Below, one piece after another: positions 13,172 through 25,480 of a stretch of DNA of 64,000 nucleotides (its first letter is position 1; each line of letters starts with the position of its first letter). The position numbers were made by a program, and so were the translations under genes. The stretch covers positions 367,660,001 to 367,724,000 of the forward strand of contig OZ024743.1 in the NCBI GenBank assembly GCA_964016885.1, in the 5' to 3' direction. Origin of the DNA: Eledone cirrhosa. Lineage: Eukaryota. Below the pieces are notes generated by a model, which saw nothing but the letters and a program-made list of their open reading frames with translations, was not told the DNA's origin and made no database searches.

Positions 13172-15960
13172 GTTTAACGTCTATCCTCCACGCTAGCATG
13201 GGTTTAGACGGGAATTGTCCCACTTGAGGCAAGATTGGTTGTCTCGCTCGTATAGGACTGTCTGGCAGGTTTTCTATGGCTGGATGCCCTTCCTAACACC
13301 AACCACGTTTACAGTGTGGACTGGGAGGTTTTTATCGTGTTACCTACACGGTCACATTACAGCGTGGACTGTGTGTTTTTTTGTCATGACACCTACACGA
13401 CCTCATTTATTTTGGACTGGATGTTGTGGTACCAACATAACTTTACAGAGAAAGGGGTGGTGTTGATGGGGTGGGGGTAGTGGGAGGGGGTATATATTTG
13501 ATTAAGAGGTGCCTACTGACTGTAGGTTTCGCTTTGTACTTAGGCAAGGCGGGTTTTCTGTATTACTGCTTAGCGCCAAAGATCTCGGTCCAGCGACATT
13601 GTCTTAGAGAGGTGTAAGTGTGTAAGGTCGGAATTTATCAAATCGTCCCAGGTTTTTCTGGGTCTGCCTACTCCGTAACTACCATCAATTTTGATCGCCC
13701 TGCACTTTTTTATACAGCTGCCGTCTTTCATGCGCATCACGTGACCATACCAACGTAGTCTTCTCTCGAGTAAACAACATCTGATCCCTCTTAACCTAAT
13801 TTCTCACTTAGTTCATTTATGCTTTGCTGTTCATGTATATTACTATTACACATCCAGCAGAGCATGCATGCTTTGTTCCTCTCCAGTCTGCGCAGATCCT
13901 CTGCACACAATGCCCATGTCTCACTGCCATGTAACATAGCTGCTCATATGCAGGCATCATACAGTCTGCCTTTCATTTTTAAAGAGAAACCTTTAGGGGC
14001 CAATAGTGGTATAAGCTCTCTGAATTTTTCCATCCCGTTCTGACACTGGCTACTGTACTTTCTGAGAACCCTCCACCACTGCTGATTTTGTCACCCAGGT
14101 AACGGAAGGTGTCCACTATTTCTATAGAACCATCTGTGCAATGGAATGAGCTAGTATTCTGTGGGCACTTGCTGCTACTTATTGCACCAGAGCACCGGCC
14201 ACATATAAAATCTACATTCTTAGATAGTTTACCTGTGATCCCACTACATCTTTTATGTACCCATACTTTGCATTTGGGACATAAAATGGAATTTCTGCCT
14301 ACTTCTTTCCTACACACTGAGCTTGGCCATTTCCCAGAGAAGACCTGTGCCCTATTTTCCTTCCTACATACTAGAACTTTAGTCTTAGACAAGTTAACTT
14401 TAAGGCCTTTTGATTCTAGGTCATGCTTCCATGCTTTCAGCTATGAGCGTTAGATCATCTGCATATAGAAGTTCCCATGGGCAGCTGGTCTTGAACTCCT
14501 CTGTTATAGCCTGAAGGGCAATAGTAAATAGAAGGGGGCTAAGGACAGAGCCCTGATGAACACCAACTTTTATGCTAAATTCTTCACTATATTCGTTGTT
14601 AATTCTAACCTTGCTGACTGTTTCTTTATACATGGCTTGTATAGCTCTCACAAGCCATTCATCAACCCCTAGTTTTCTAAGGGCCCACCATATAATGGCG
14701 CGGGGGACTCTGTCAAATGTTTTCTCCAAGTCAACAAATGCTAAGCTAGGTACTTCTCCTGTAGTTGTTGTACAAGGAAAAGGACGTCTGTGGTACTTTT
14801 ACCTGACACAAACCCGAACTGCATTTCGTCTAGATCAATTTGCTCTCTGATTAGTTGTGCTATAACTTTTTCTGTGACCTTCATGACCTGGTCAATTAAT
14901 TTAATGCCTCTATAGTTTCCTCTATTTAGTGCATCTCCTTTACCCTTGTAGCAGTTAATGATGATGCTGCTACGCCAGTCATTTGGTATGACCCCATTCT
15001 GTATAACTCCGGGTAACCATAGTGTGTCCCACCGTTCCAGATGCTTTCAGCATTTCAGCAACTATCTCCGAAGGCCCAGCTGCCTTGCCTGTCTTCATAT
15101 CTTTGATTGCCTTACTTATTATACTACCTTCAACTTGCACTGCTGGTTCCTCTATTGGATCATTTAGTAGCCTCTTGTAGTGACACTTCCAAGCTACCTT
15201 CTTATCAGCGTCAGTGATGGCAAGTACACCATCATCATTACGGACACACTTCTCCCCGAAAATATCACGGTTTTCCTTGCAATCCTGAACACCTCACGTT
15301 TTTGGTCTTCGCATTGTAGAACATGCTTGAACTTTCTTTCCTCTGCTTCCCTTCTTGCAAAGTACACTTGTTTCCTAGCTTCTCTCCTGGCCACTTGATA
15401 GTGTTCTCTACTTCCCATATCCTGCCATACTTTCCAAGCCTGCTTTTTGGCCTTGATTGACTCCTCTACCTTACTGTTCCACCACCAAGTTACTCTCCTC
15501 CTGCCTATAGGTCTGCTCCAGCCACAGATTTCATCTGTCGCCTTCAGCAGGTTAGCTTTCAGGAATTCCCACTGTTATTCTATATTGTACAACTCTAATT
15601 GCTCTTCCTTACTGTCAAAAGCATCAAGTAATATGCTTTTAAATTTGTTACTTGCTGTGGGGTCCTTTAACTTCCATATTCTTCTCCTTAGGGTAGTCCT
15701 CCTCTGTTGTCGAGTACATCTCGTCTTGACTATGAGGTCACTAACTATGAGGCTATGTTGGGAGGTGCATTCTTCATGGGAGAGGGATTTAGTGTTTACA
15801 ACAGACACTCTGTCACATCTTCTGGTAAGGATATAATCTATCTGACTGGCGTGTTCCCCTGATCTATAGGTGATCAAGTGATTGTCTCGTTTTTTGAAGT
15901 TTGTGTTACAGATAGTTAGGTTATTTGCGTCACAGAATTCCAGGATTCTGGAGCCTTCCT
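13134..15960 (-). mobile_element. RTE-clade LINE: partial APE endonuclease, RT with internal PHD-type finger, long 3' UTR and (GAT)n tail
   Basis: APE motifs ILEFCDANNLTICNT..HASQIDYIL..SQHSL. RT motifs FDRVP, GVHQGSVLSPLLF, LLYADDL, YLGD. Finger VCRK..CPKCKVWVHKRC..CGRC. Tail ...gacgttaaac(gat)n at 13134-13180. Confidence 0.88.
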
Positions 15961-16504
15961 TTGAATATAAGCTGACCTCCACCCTCACCCCTATTTTATA
16001 TTTGAGAAGTGGGCAAAAATTCAAACCCTGTTTATAATTTGAGGCAGCTAATCAACACATTATGTTTAGATGGCAGGGTTTTGAAATTCTCATGAGTATA
16101 AAGTGTATTTATGAAGTTTTGATATTTTGATGCTTAAAATGTTTTAAGTTTCGTTTAAAGTAATAGTTCTTGTTTCACAACTGCATTACGTAATGTTTTT
16201 TATCCATTTTATCCATTTCATCCATTTTATAGTTTCAAGTTTCTTGAATTTTTTTTACTTCTGGCCACTGAGATGCTGGGAGTAGTTTGAAAGCAAGAGA
16301 TAGAATAAGAGAACTTTGTATAGGAATTCATAAAGTAGAAGAGCAAGAGAAAGACAGCAAGCACGAGAGATGAAAGGCAGAGCCAAAAAAAAAGAGCATA
16401 AGACCAGAAGGGAGAGAGAGTCAGAGCAATAAAACACAAGTCAAAAGTAAGTTTTCAACCTTATGTACGATTAAAAGAAAAAGTATTAAGTTAGAGAAAA
16501 ACAG

Positions 16505-16642
16505 TTGGTGTGTGAAAGTGTGCATGTATGTATCTGTATGTGTGTGTGTGTGAGTGTGCATGTATGTGTATGTGTGCATGCATGTGTGTATGTGTTTGTG
16601 TGCACGTGTGCATGCATGTATGTGCACATTTGCATGTGTGTA
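16505..16642. repeat. (TG)n/(TGTA)n compound microsatellite
   Basis: Directly visible. Similar tracts at 7470-7575, 23400-23450 (GA)n and 32950-33010. Confidence 0.85.
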
Positions 16643-18290
16643 TCGAATATTTATGTATTAAAAAGTTCAATTATATATATGTATTGGAAATATTTTCAAG
16701 GGAATGAATGTATAAATAACACTAATGATGATGTATTAAAAGACACGGTTATTTAAGTTTCTCAGTTAAGTAAGATTCCAGTATCATGATCATCATCATT
16801 TAACATCTATCTTCCATGCGTGGGTTAGACTCCAGTATATCGAAGTAAATTCATATAACAGGAATCCAGAATAAAATCAAAACATTTACTCCAACACATA
16901 TTTACTCCATCTCATTTGTTTCTTTAGAGACATTTAAAAATATACATAAAATATAGGAGAAGCAAGTCTCTTATCGAAGAACTGTCTGAATATCATAATG
17001 CCATACTATATTGTATAGGAAAGGTTGTGTGTGCCAGCATGGCCATTAGTCATTAGGGCTAAAAGGGAACTAAGGAACATATGTAAGAAATCATTAATAA
17101 TAACAATGATGATTGATAACAAAGGCAGAAAGCTATAAATTTTATGGAAGGGATGTAAATCAATGCAACTGGTGCATATTTCCTCTACACCCAGAATGAT
17201 GAAAGGTAAAGTTGGGATTTGAACTCAGAACATAAAGAGATCCTGCCATTCATCACACTATTAACAATAATAATAATAATGAGGCAGGGGATATTCAATT
17301 AACTGGAAACAGAGTTTACTACTGGTATTTTTTTTCTAAATTCCTCATAGAGATTGGAACTGAGAACGTGAAATGGTATAGCTAAATACTATGACACAAG
17401 TCCCACAGCACATATTCTATTGGATTGCTTCTAAATAAAAGTTGCGTAGCATATTTTCATCACCATTATCATCAATTCAATAGAAAAACAAGACAATGTT
17501 GCATACACAGAATTGCATTCAATTATGTAGTGAAAGCATGCAATGAAAATAAGACTACAGAAATAACAGCAACAATAGAGCAAAAATTAAATCAATACCA
17601 GACAAATTCAACCCAAAACAAAACACGATAGACAATACAAATGAAAAGACTATTATTCTCTGATGGTTAAAAGGGAAATGCATACTTAGTATTGGATGCA
17701 TAAAATGTTAAAAATTCTGAATCACCATAAATTAATAAATTGTTACCTGATAAAAAAAGATGAGAGTTTAAATAAAACTAGACTTTAATCCTCAATAAAA
17801 ACAATAGATGGGACCAAGAGGAATATATTTCCAAATTATATGTATATTTTACAGCTAGTCTCTATCACAAAAATGAGATTATCACAATACCCACAATATC
17901 TGGGGAGAAATAACACTGATCTAAAACTTTGAATTCCAACAGACTAAGATGCATACTTTTAAAAAATCAAAAATGGAATACTTAAAAAAAGAACATATAA
18001 TGTTAAAATTAACAATGTAAAAACATACAATGTTGAGAAGATACATCATGAATATATAGACCTAACACAAACAAAACAGACAAAAGAAAAACCTCAGCAT
18101 ACATGCAGAATACTGACCAACAAAAAGGAAAGTTGAATCATATCAATGAAAGATATGAAGACAATCAACTATAAGAAAGTGATAAGATTAGTGAGTTCTA
18201 CATAAGAAAATGTTTAATGAAACAGTAATGGTAGAAATATTTAAATAAAAGAACTTATAAAGACAAAATGTATTGTTAAAATAATAATTA

Positions 18291-18322
<32 letters not shown>

Positions 18323-18323
<1 letters not shown>

Positions 18324-18628
18324 TGAGAACTAAAACAATACCAGTGGTTGTAGGCGTTCTGGGAATGATACCTAAGGGGTCTAATGATTACTTATCGCAG
18401 ATCCCAGGAAACCCGCGTATAGGAGAAATACAAAAGATAGTACTAATGGGAACTGCCCATATACTAAGGAAGATCCTGTCAATATAAGTACATCACAAGT
18501 CTAAACACTAAGGATGCATGTGTGAATATGTATGTTCTTTCTTGAACATGGCGGACCTTGTTGTCTCTTGAGGTCACTGGTTGTGACTTGGTGATAACTC
18601 GTATAAACATAAAGCAAGATAAATGCAA
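18323..18628 (+). mobile_element. 5'-truncated Dong/R4-clade (RLE) LINE embedded in (TAA)n
   Basis: 18323-18487 translates without interruption to LRTKTIPVVVGVLGMIPKGSNDYLSQIPGNPRIGEIQKIVLMGTAHILRKILSI*, the typical R4/Dong C-terminus. (TAA)n flanks both sides, which is the known Dong target. Confidence 0.8.
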
Positions 18629-18711
18629 ATAATAATAATAATAATAATAATAATTGTTTCTACTTTAGGCACAAAGCCAACAATTACCCAGTGCATTACT
18701 GGTACTTTAAT

Positions 18712-20710
18712 AATGATTTCTTTATTAACCACAAGGGTTTACATAAAGTAGACATTAAGGACAATACAGGACGGTACAAATGGGCATTTCTGCATGTAAA
18801 AAACAAAAACAGAGGATGTAACAAAAAAATAACAATGAAAAATTCCCCAATAGGGGGGAGACTTCGGAGGGACATTTGTGGAGAAAGCCCATTAAAAGGC
18901 CACAGTGACCCTGACCAGCATGGCAAGTGCCCTCTCCCAGTTTTCCACCTTTAATTTACAGACACATACTCAGAGTAGGCCCATTCACTCAGGCCATTCT
19001 TGCTTCTCTCACCCATCTTTCAACAAAATGCTGGGAAGAGAGCACTTCCCTCTCTACTCTGATTTTCCTTTTCAAATGAAATTTGAAAACGTCAATCAGG
19101 GCATCACCGAAGAGGTAAGTGCTCGTCTTCAGCCCTTTCAAACATGTCCACCATACTATCTCTTTCGCCATGGCCACCAGACAGATAAAAACTGCCTGCC
19201 CTTCCCGGCTAAAGGAAGAGGGCGGGGCAATCCTCACGATGGACTCAGTTGATAGCCGGATCCGTCCTATACGCGACAGCAGGTGTTAGACATAAACCCA
19301 CAAGTCAGCAATTCTCGGACACTGGATGAGTGCGTGCAGGACGGTTTCGTCGCCCTGCGGGCATCTCGGACATGCCCGGCTGACGGCACCTCCATGCCTG
19401 TAGAGTTTATCCCGAACTGGCAAGGCTCCTCGGTAGCACTGCCAGGCCAGGGATTTCTGGAAGTTGTCCATAGGCCCCGGCCCGAAAGTTCTTCCGAAGA
19501 GATTGGCTAGTTGATTTTTGTCGACGCCTAGAGTTTCCCCAAGTACGTCGTCGCTCTTCCCCTCCACTAATCCTCTATAGAACGCCGAGGTGGAGTTTCC
19601 ACCGATCACATTGCCCGATTGGTCGAGGGCTGTGAGCGCCTGAAGACATTCCAGTCTCCAAGCGCTCCCTCTCGGTCTTCGCTTGACCCAGGACTGCAGC
19701 TCTGTCAAGGAAATGAGCTGGGGAAAGACGTGTCTAGCAAACGGCGACGACACCTGATCACCGTCGAGGAAGAGGTGGAGATGTCGTAGCCTCAGCGCGT
19801 GTCTGCGCATCATCAGCCACGGCATGCCCAGCTCTCCATGTAGTGGGTGTTGACAGCAGATGGGCCGCCTGACCATCTGAGCACGTCCCTTCCACAAAAA
19901 GCGAAAGAGCAAACGCTCCAGTGCAGTCAGGCGAGGCTTAGGACAAGGCACTACGGTCAGGCGGTAGTAGATGACGGACGCGATGTATGCATTCGCCACC
20001 TCTGCTCAACCTTTCAGGGATAGCTTCCTCTCTGCCCATTTCTGGGTGAGAGAAGCCACCCTGCTCGTCACCTCATCCCAGTTTTTGTCCGTCTGGAGGT
20101 CCGGACCAAACCAGACCTCTAGCAATTTAACCGGTCCGTCCGTCCAGTGCCCGACGACGCTGTTGGACGGCATGGACCTGCCTCTCCAGGTGCCGAGCTG
20201 CAGGCCCACCGACTTTTCCTGGTTGATCATTGCTCCTGTCACTGCTTCGTATTCTCTTAGTGTGGTGCCGATCGCCTCGATGTGCTTGGCGTTCGACACC
20301 ACTACAGTGACGTCGTCTGCATATGCTGACACGGTATTCCGCATCCTAGTTCGCGTGGGACCCCTCAACGTCTCCAGTTTGTGCAGTAATGGCTCGAGAG
20401 TCAATACGTACAAGAGGGACGAGAGGGGACATCCTTGGCAGACCGAGTGCATGATGTTGAACGGTTCCGAAAGGTGACCGTTCACTCTCACCACAGAGCA
20501 GATGTCGCTGTGCATGGCAACCATCCAGCCTCTGAAGATGGGCCCAAAGCCAGCCGCCCTCAGGATTGCCGCCAGATAACGATGGTCAAACCTATCGAAA
20601 GCTTTCAACTGATCTAAATTGATCAAGGACCCACCCGTGCCAGGTTCCCTAGCTACCCTCTCCACGATGTATCGCATGAGGTGGAGGTTGTTGTGAATGG
20701 ATCTGTTTGG
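18712..20710 (-). mobile_element. 5'-truncated Tx1/L1-clade LINE ORF2 (RT plus zf-RVT)
   Basis: LDQLKAFDR, QGCPLSSLLY, AYADDV and C-terminal LPVRDKL..CPRC..ETVLHALIQCP. GC- and CpG-rich with few disablements. AATAAA before an (ATT) tail. Confidence 0.88.
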
Positions 20711-20714
20711 AATA

Positions 20715-20756
<42 letters not shown>

Positions 20757-21019
20757 TAATTGTTTCTACTTTTGGCACAAGGCCAGCAATTATCCCAGTG
20801 TATTACTGGTACTTTATTTTATCGACCCCTTAAGGATGAGAGGCAAAGTTAACCTCGCAAAGTTAATAATAACAATGAGAACTAAAACAATCATCCACAT
20901 ACCTCTCCCCTTTCACATCCCATGTCCTAACACTTCATCCCTCACACATGTCTCTAGATCTACATCCCCAATCCCTACACACCTTCCCCTAATAAAGTCC
21001 CCAGCCCCCATTGTAAAGT

Positions 21020-21238
21020 ATGGTGACATGACAAAATGTGCCCAGTTCACACTATAACGTTGTCGTGTAGGTGTCACAACAAAAAGAACCCAGCAGACAC
21101 TGTAAATGTGGTTGGTGTTAGTAAGGGCATCCAGCTATAGAAACCATGCCAAAATTAGTTCTATATGTGCAAGACATGGTCAACTTGTCTAACTCATGCT
21201 AGCATGGAAAATTGATGTTAAACAGTGATGATGATGAT
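21020..21238 (+). mobile_element. Short RTE-related module (ggttggtgttaggaagggcatccagc...catgctagcatggaaaa...(gat)n)
   Basis: The same module appears at 13134-13430(-), 29790-30030(-), 43000-43345(+), 49280-49560(-), 50845-51097(-), 51830-52145(-), 57530-57730(+) and 60800-60920(+). Confidence 0.65.
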
Positions 21239-21914
21239 TGTTTTATGTATTCATAAAACTTGTGTAAACAAACAATATATCCATATTCAAACATCTTGTC
21301 ATTTAGAAATTATATTTCAGAATTGCAGCAAATGAAATAAATCTGAGATCAGAATTATTCTTAATTGTACAATGTACAAAGACTACAAAAGCAATAACTA
21401 ATGAGAGCTATTTAATCAGATACCAATGAATTATTTATTAATGTCACAATATGATGAAATATATTTCAACATTACATATTATATTGTCTGATTATAATTT
21501 AATATTAATGTATCATGATATGATATAATACATTTTTCTATTAGATGTACCTCTGAGTTCAAATCCTGCAGAGATTGACTTTGTCTTCTATCCTTCTGGG
21601 CTCAATAAAATAAGTACTAGTAGTATATTGGAATCAATTTTATTTATCGAAAATTCCAGCCAAGTGCTAATGTTCAAAATCAATATGAATGCAATTACTA
21701 GTACTAACATTTTGTCAGTTTTGAGTTGAAATGTCTGAAGTGAAAAAAGTATTACTACTGCTTGTGAGAATCTTTAAGAACTGAAGGGTGTAAAATGGAG
21801 AAGTGAATTGCTTGAATCTGAAGGATAGAATGAAGGAAGAGAAGAAACTCAAATGTGAAGAATTGAGGGTGGTGTCATGCAGCTATAGAGAATGTCAATA
21901 GTTAAATGAACATA

Positions 21915-22520
21915 TCTCTATATAAATTTGAGCAACTTCCATCCGTCCGTCCTTCACACACTAGAGATGACTGAAGAAGGAAGGGGTGATGACCTCGCAC
22001 AGTAGAGATAACTGAGGAAGGAGTGATGATGTCATACAGTAGAGATGATTGAGGAAGGAAGGAGTGATGACATCATGCACTAGAGATGATTGAGGAAGGA
22101 AGGAGGATGACGTCATGCACTAGAGATGACTGAGGAAGGCAGGAGTGATGACGTCACACAATAGAGATAATTGAAGAAGGAATGGATGATGACGTCACAC
22201 ACTAGAGATGTCTGAGGAAGGAAGGGGTGATGACGTCATGCTCTAGAGATGACTGAAGAAGGAAGGAGTGATGATGTCACACACTAGAGATGACTGACAA
22301 AAGGAAGTGAGTGATGATGTCACACATTAGAGATGATTGAAGAAAGGAGTGATGACATCACACACTAGAGATGACTGAGGAAGGAAGAGGTGAGATGTCA
22401 CGCACTAGAGATGACTGAGGAAGGAAGGGGTGATGACGTCATGTACTAGAGATGATTGAGGAAGGAAGGGGTGATGATGCCACGCACTAGAGATGACTGA
22501 GGAAGGAAAAGGTGATGACA
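21915..22520 (+). repeat. 14 x ~40-bp minisatellite (cactagagatgactgaggaaggaaggggtgatgacgtca) behind a Helitron-like 5' end
   Basis: Units counted from the AGAGAT anchor, 21960-22520. Preceded by A|TCTCTATATAAA..TGAGCAACTT and ccgtccgtcc. A similar A|TCTATATATAAA..TGAGCAACTT lies at 22567. Confidence 0.8.
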
Positions 22521-22730
22521 AACTACAGAAAACAGTGTCTAACATTCATTATACTTGTGTGAACAATCTATATATAAAGCTGAGCAACTTATTTTTGTAA
22601 GTGTGTTTGTTCATTTAAATAATATACTCATACATGCATCAACATGTTGAAAAAAATTGTAGTATCTATAAATGCTAAAACTTCTGAAAGTGAAAAACAC
22701 TGAATGTTAAGAGAGATCAGAGTTTAATTA

Positions 22731-23080
22731 TCATCATCATCACCATCATCATCATCATTTTATGTCCGTGTGTAATTCATGCTTGCATAGGTTGAATGGG
22801 TCTTCTCCAGCAGATTACATCACTACTTGTGGTTCTTTATCATTTCCTTCATGAGGTTGAGCCTCTTCAGATCAGCATTCACCACTTTTCCCATGTCTTC
22901 ATTGATTTTCCTCTTCTGCAGGTTCCTTCTAGTTGAATGCCTTTGTACTTCTTTACCCATAAGCATCACATATATGTACCAGTTCAGTCTTCTTTCTTGC
23001 ACACCACATCTAATTACTCTGACATCCAGTTTTCCTTTCAGTTCATTTGTGTTCCATCATTCGTGCACGCTATCATTATA
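22731..23080 (-). mobile_element. Old RTE 3' fragment with (GAT)n tail
   Basis: Reverse complement resembles the RTE 3' end (aagacccattcaacctatgcaagcatg...ggacataaaatgatgatg). Confidence 0.6.
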
Positions 23081-23401
23081 ATCTAATTGATATTGCCCAC
23101 CTCAATCAGCATCATTTAATGTCTGTTTTTCTATGCTGGCATGAGTTGGACAAGTCAACATGTCATAAATATCAATGACTGCTATGATTGACCTGTGGTA
23201 TAAATATACAAGTCAATAAATAATATGTGTTTGGAGTGTTATTAAAAAAGTTCAACCAGGATAGGGAGCTGAAGTTCTATTAGATATATATATATTACAA
23301 TAGCTTTGGTTAGAGAAAGAGAAAGCTTAGAGCTGAAATTTTGATTGACCAAATATCTTTGATGTAGTTTCATTGATGTAATGAGCATAGAAGAGACTCC
23401 C

Positions 23402-23449
<48 letters not shown>

Positions 23450-25480
23450 TACTTCAATTAGAGAAGGTGATAGAAATTCTATGAAAAAAAGAAAGAGACA
23501 CTTCTATAAGAGAGAGGGAGAGGATGGCAGGTGGAGAACACATGACAATTAATTTACACAACCTCATTCATCTATTATTATAACAACATATGACAATAAT
23601 AGTAGTTTAAAATCAATAAAACTATGCCTGTTCTAAGACTGAATAGAAACATGAAAATGTTTTATGATATTTCAAGTAATTAAAGCAAATGAAATATAAT
23701 GAAAAAGGTATGACTTTTATTATTACACAATACCATTTTATTTATAACTTTTAACTTGGTGAAGCATTCTATTGATGATTTGCTTATTGGTACAGGATCA
23801 AAGTATATAGCAGGAGGGACAATATAATATTTAAGAGTGCTAGTACATCTCAGAAAAATTAAAATAGATGTAACTAGTCACCAATAACAGAACATATAAA
23901 CAAAGGTATTTTAGTCATGAAGATTTTGTTTATTAGACATAGCGTGCCAAGGACTACATTATCTAAGACATCTTATCTTTTTAAGATAGTGAGATATGAT
24001 TTGAGAGATACTGGGCTGCTATTTCAAGCAGGTTGAGTAACCTCAGAGAGGTTTCCTTTAAAGTTTGATACCAGAACAGTTGTTTCACTGAATTTGAATC
24101 ACATCCACAAAACCCCTTTTTTATCTACCCACTTCTATTTCATTTAATTCCCAAGCTTTTTATCTTATCCAGAATCTTTTTTACAAGCATTTTCAAATTC
24201 ATCGGGATTATAGGTGCAGTCATGACTATATAATCAAGAGGTTTACTTTGGAATCATCTGGTTTCAGATTCCATCTCACTACATGGAACCTTGGACAAGT
24301 GTATTCTGCAATGCAACAGGTGGCCTGACAGTAACTATATTAATCCCAAATTTTTGACTGATGGATAAGAAGAAGACTATCTAAAAGGTAGTAGTATAGA
24401 GAAACATCAGGACAGATGTAATGGACTGCATGAAAACTTTGGAGCTAAGTGAAAAATTGACTCCGATAAGCTCAAAGTAAGTTTAAAACAAATGAAGGCA
24501 TGTGATTTAGCTGGCAAAAATGAGTTGTACCTGTAATTCACGGGACCAGACTTATCACTTTGTATCACATTGAATCTCCTTGAGAACTACATTTTCTGTG
24601 GAATGATCAGTCATTTACACATTAATTTCAGAAGCATGCAGTTCCATAGATTGAATCAGCTGGAGCACTCATTGATGAAGGTCCAACAAATTTAGAACTA
24701 GCAGCAATCTCAATGATAAATACTGGTAGTAGAACACTATGGCTCTGTTTTCAGACAGCCTCTCTTCATTGTCTGTAACATCTTAGAAGTTGCATCTCTT
24801 TACAAATGCAATATCTGAGATAATGCAACTACTATATATAGGTATCACTATGAGTTTTTGAAAATATTTAATTCTAACTTCTACTATACCTTTTCTTGGG
24901 GAGCATTTTGATATCTCATTTGTGAAATTTGGATGAATATTTTAGGAAATATGACAATTTGAATGGTCAGCCAATTGGCTGAAATCTTGCCTAATTAGGC
25001 CTAAATGAATAATTAGTCATATTTGAGATGTCATATCTTTGAAAGAGAAGAGATATCACCATCAAATTATACAAATTAATAGTGTCCATGGGATAGCAGT
25101 TGCCTATTTTTTTTTCAGGTTCTTGAAAATGAAACTTTTTTGTGGGGACCAATTTAAAAATTATTTATGCAAAACAAACTGATATGAGCGTAAGCTTTTC
25201 ATGCATTTTCAGAGCTAGCTAAATCTAAAAGTACAAGCAACAGGGACTTGAGTTTTGACACATTGAGACTTTGGAACATGATACCATTGCAATAAAATTT
25301 TAAATGACTATTAAAAATGGCTATAAACAATTAAATTACAATGTTTAAAGGTTGTCGCAAACTTTCCATGCATTTTCAGACATGGCTATATTGTAATCTA
25401 TTATCTGTAGGGAACTCAATTTTTTTACAATGGTACAGGGTATGAAACTAAATCTTCTCTGTAAGTTTGGAGCTTTACAA

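Noticed and set aside
21960-22520. CRISPR-like regular array
   Set aside because: Units are contiguous near-identical repeats with no unique spacers. There are no cas genes and the context is eukaryotic.
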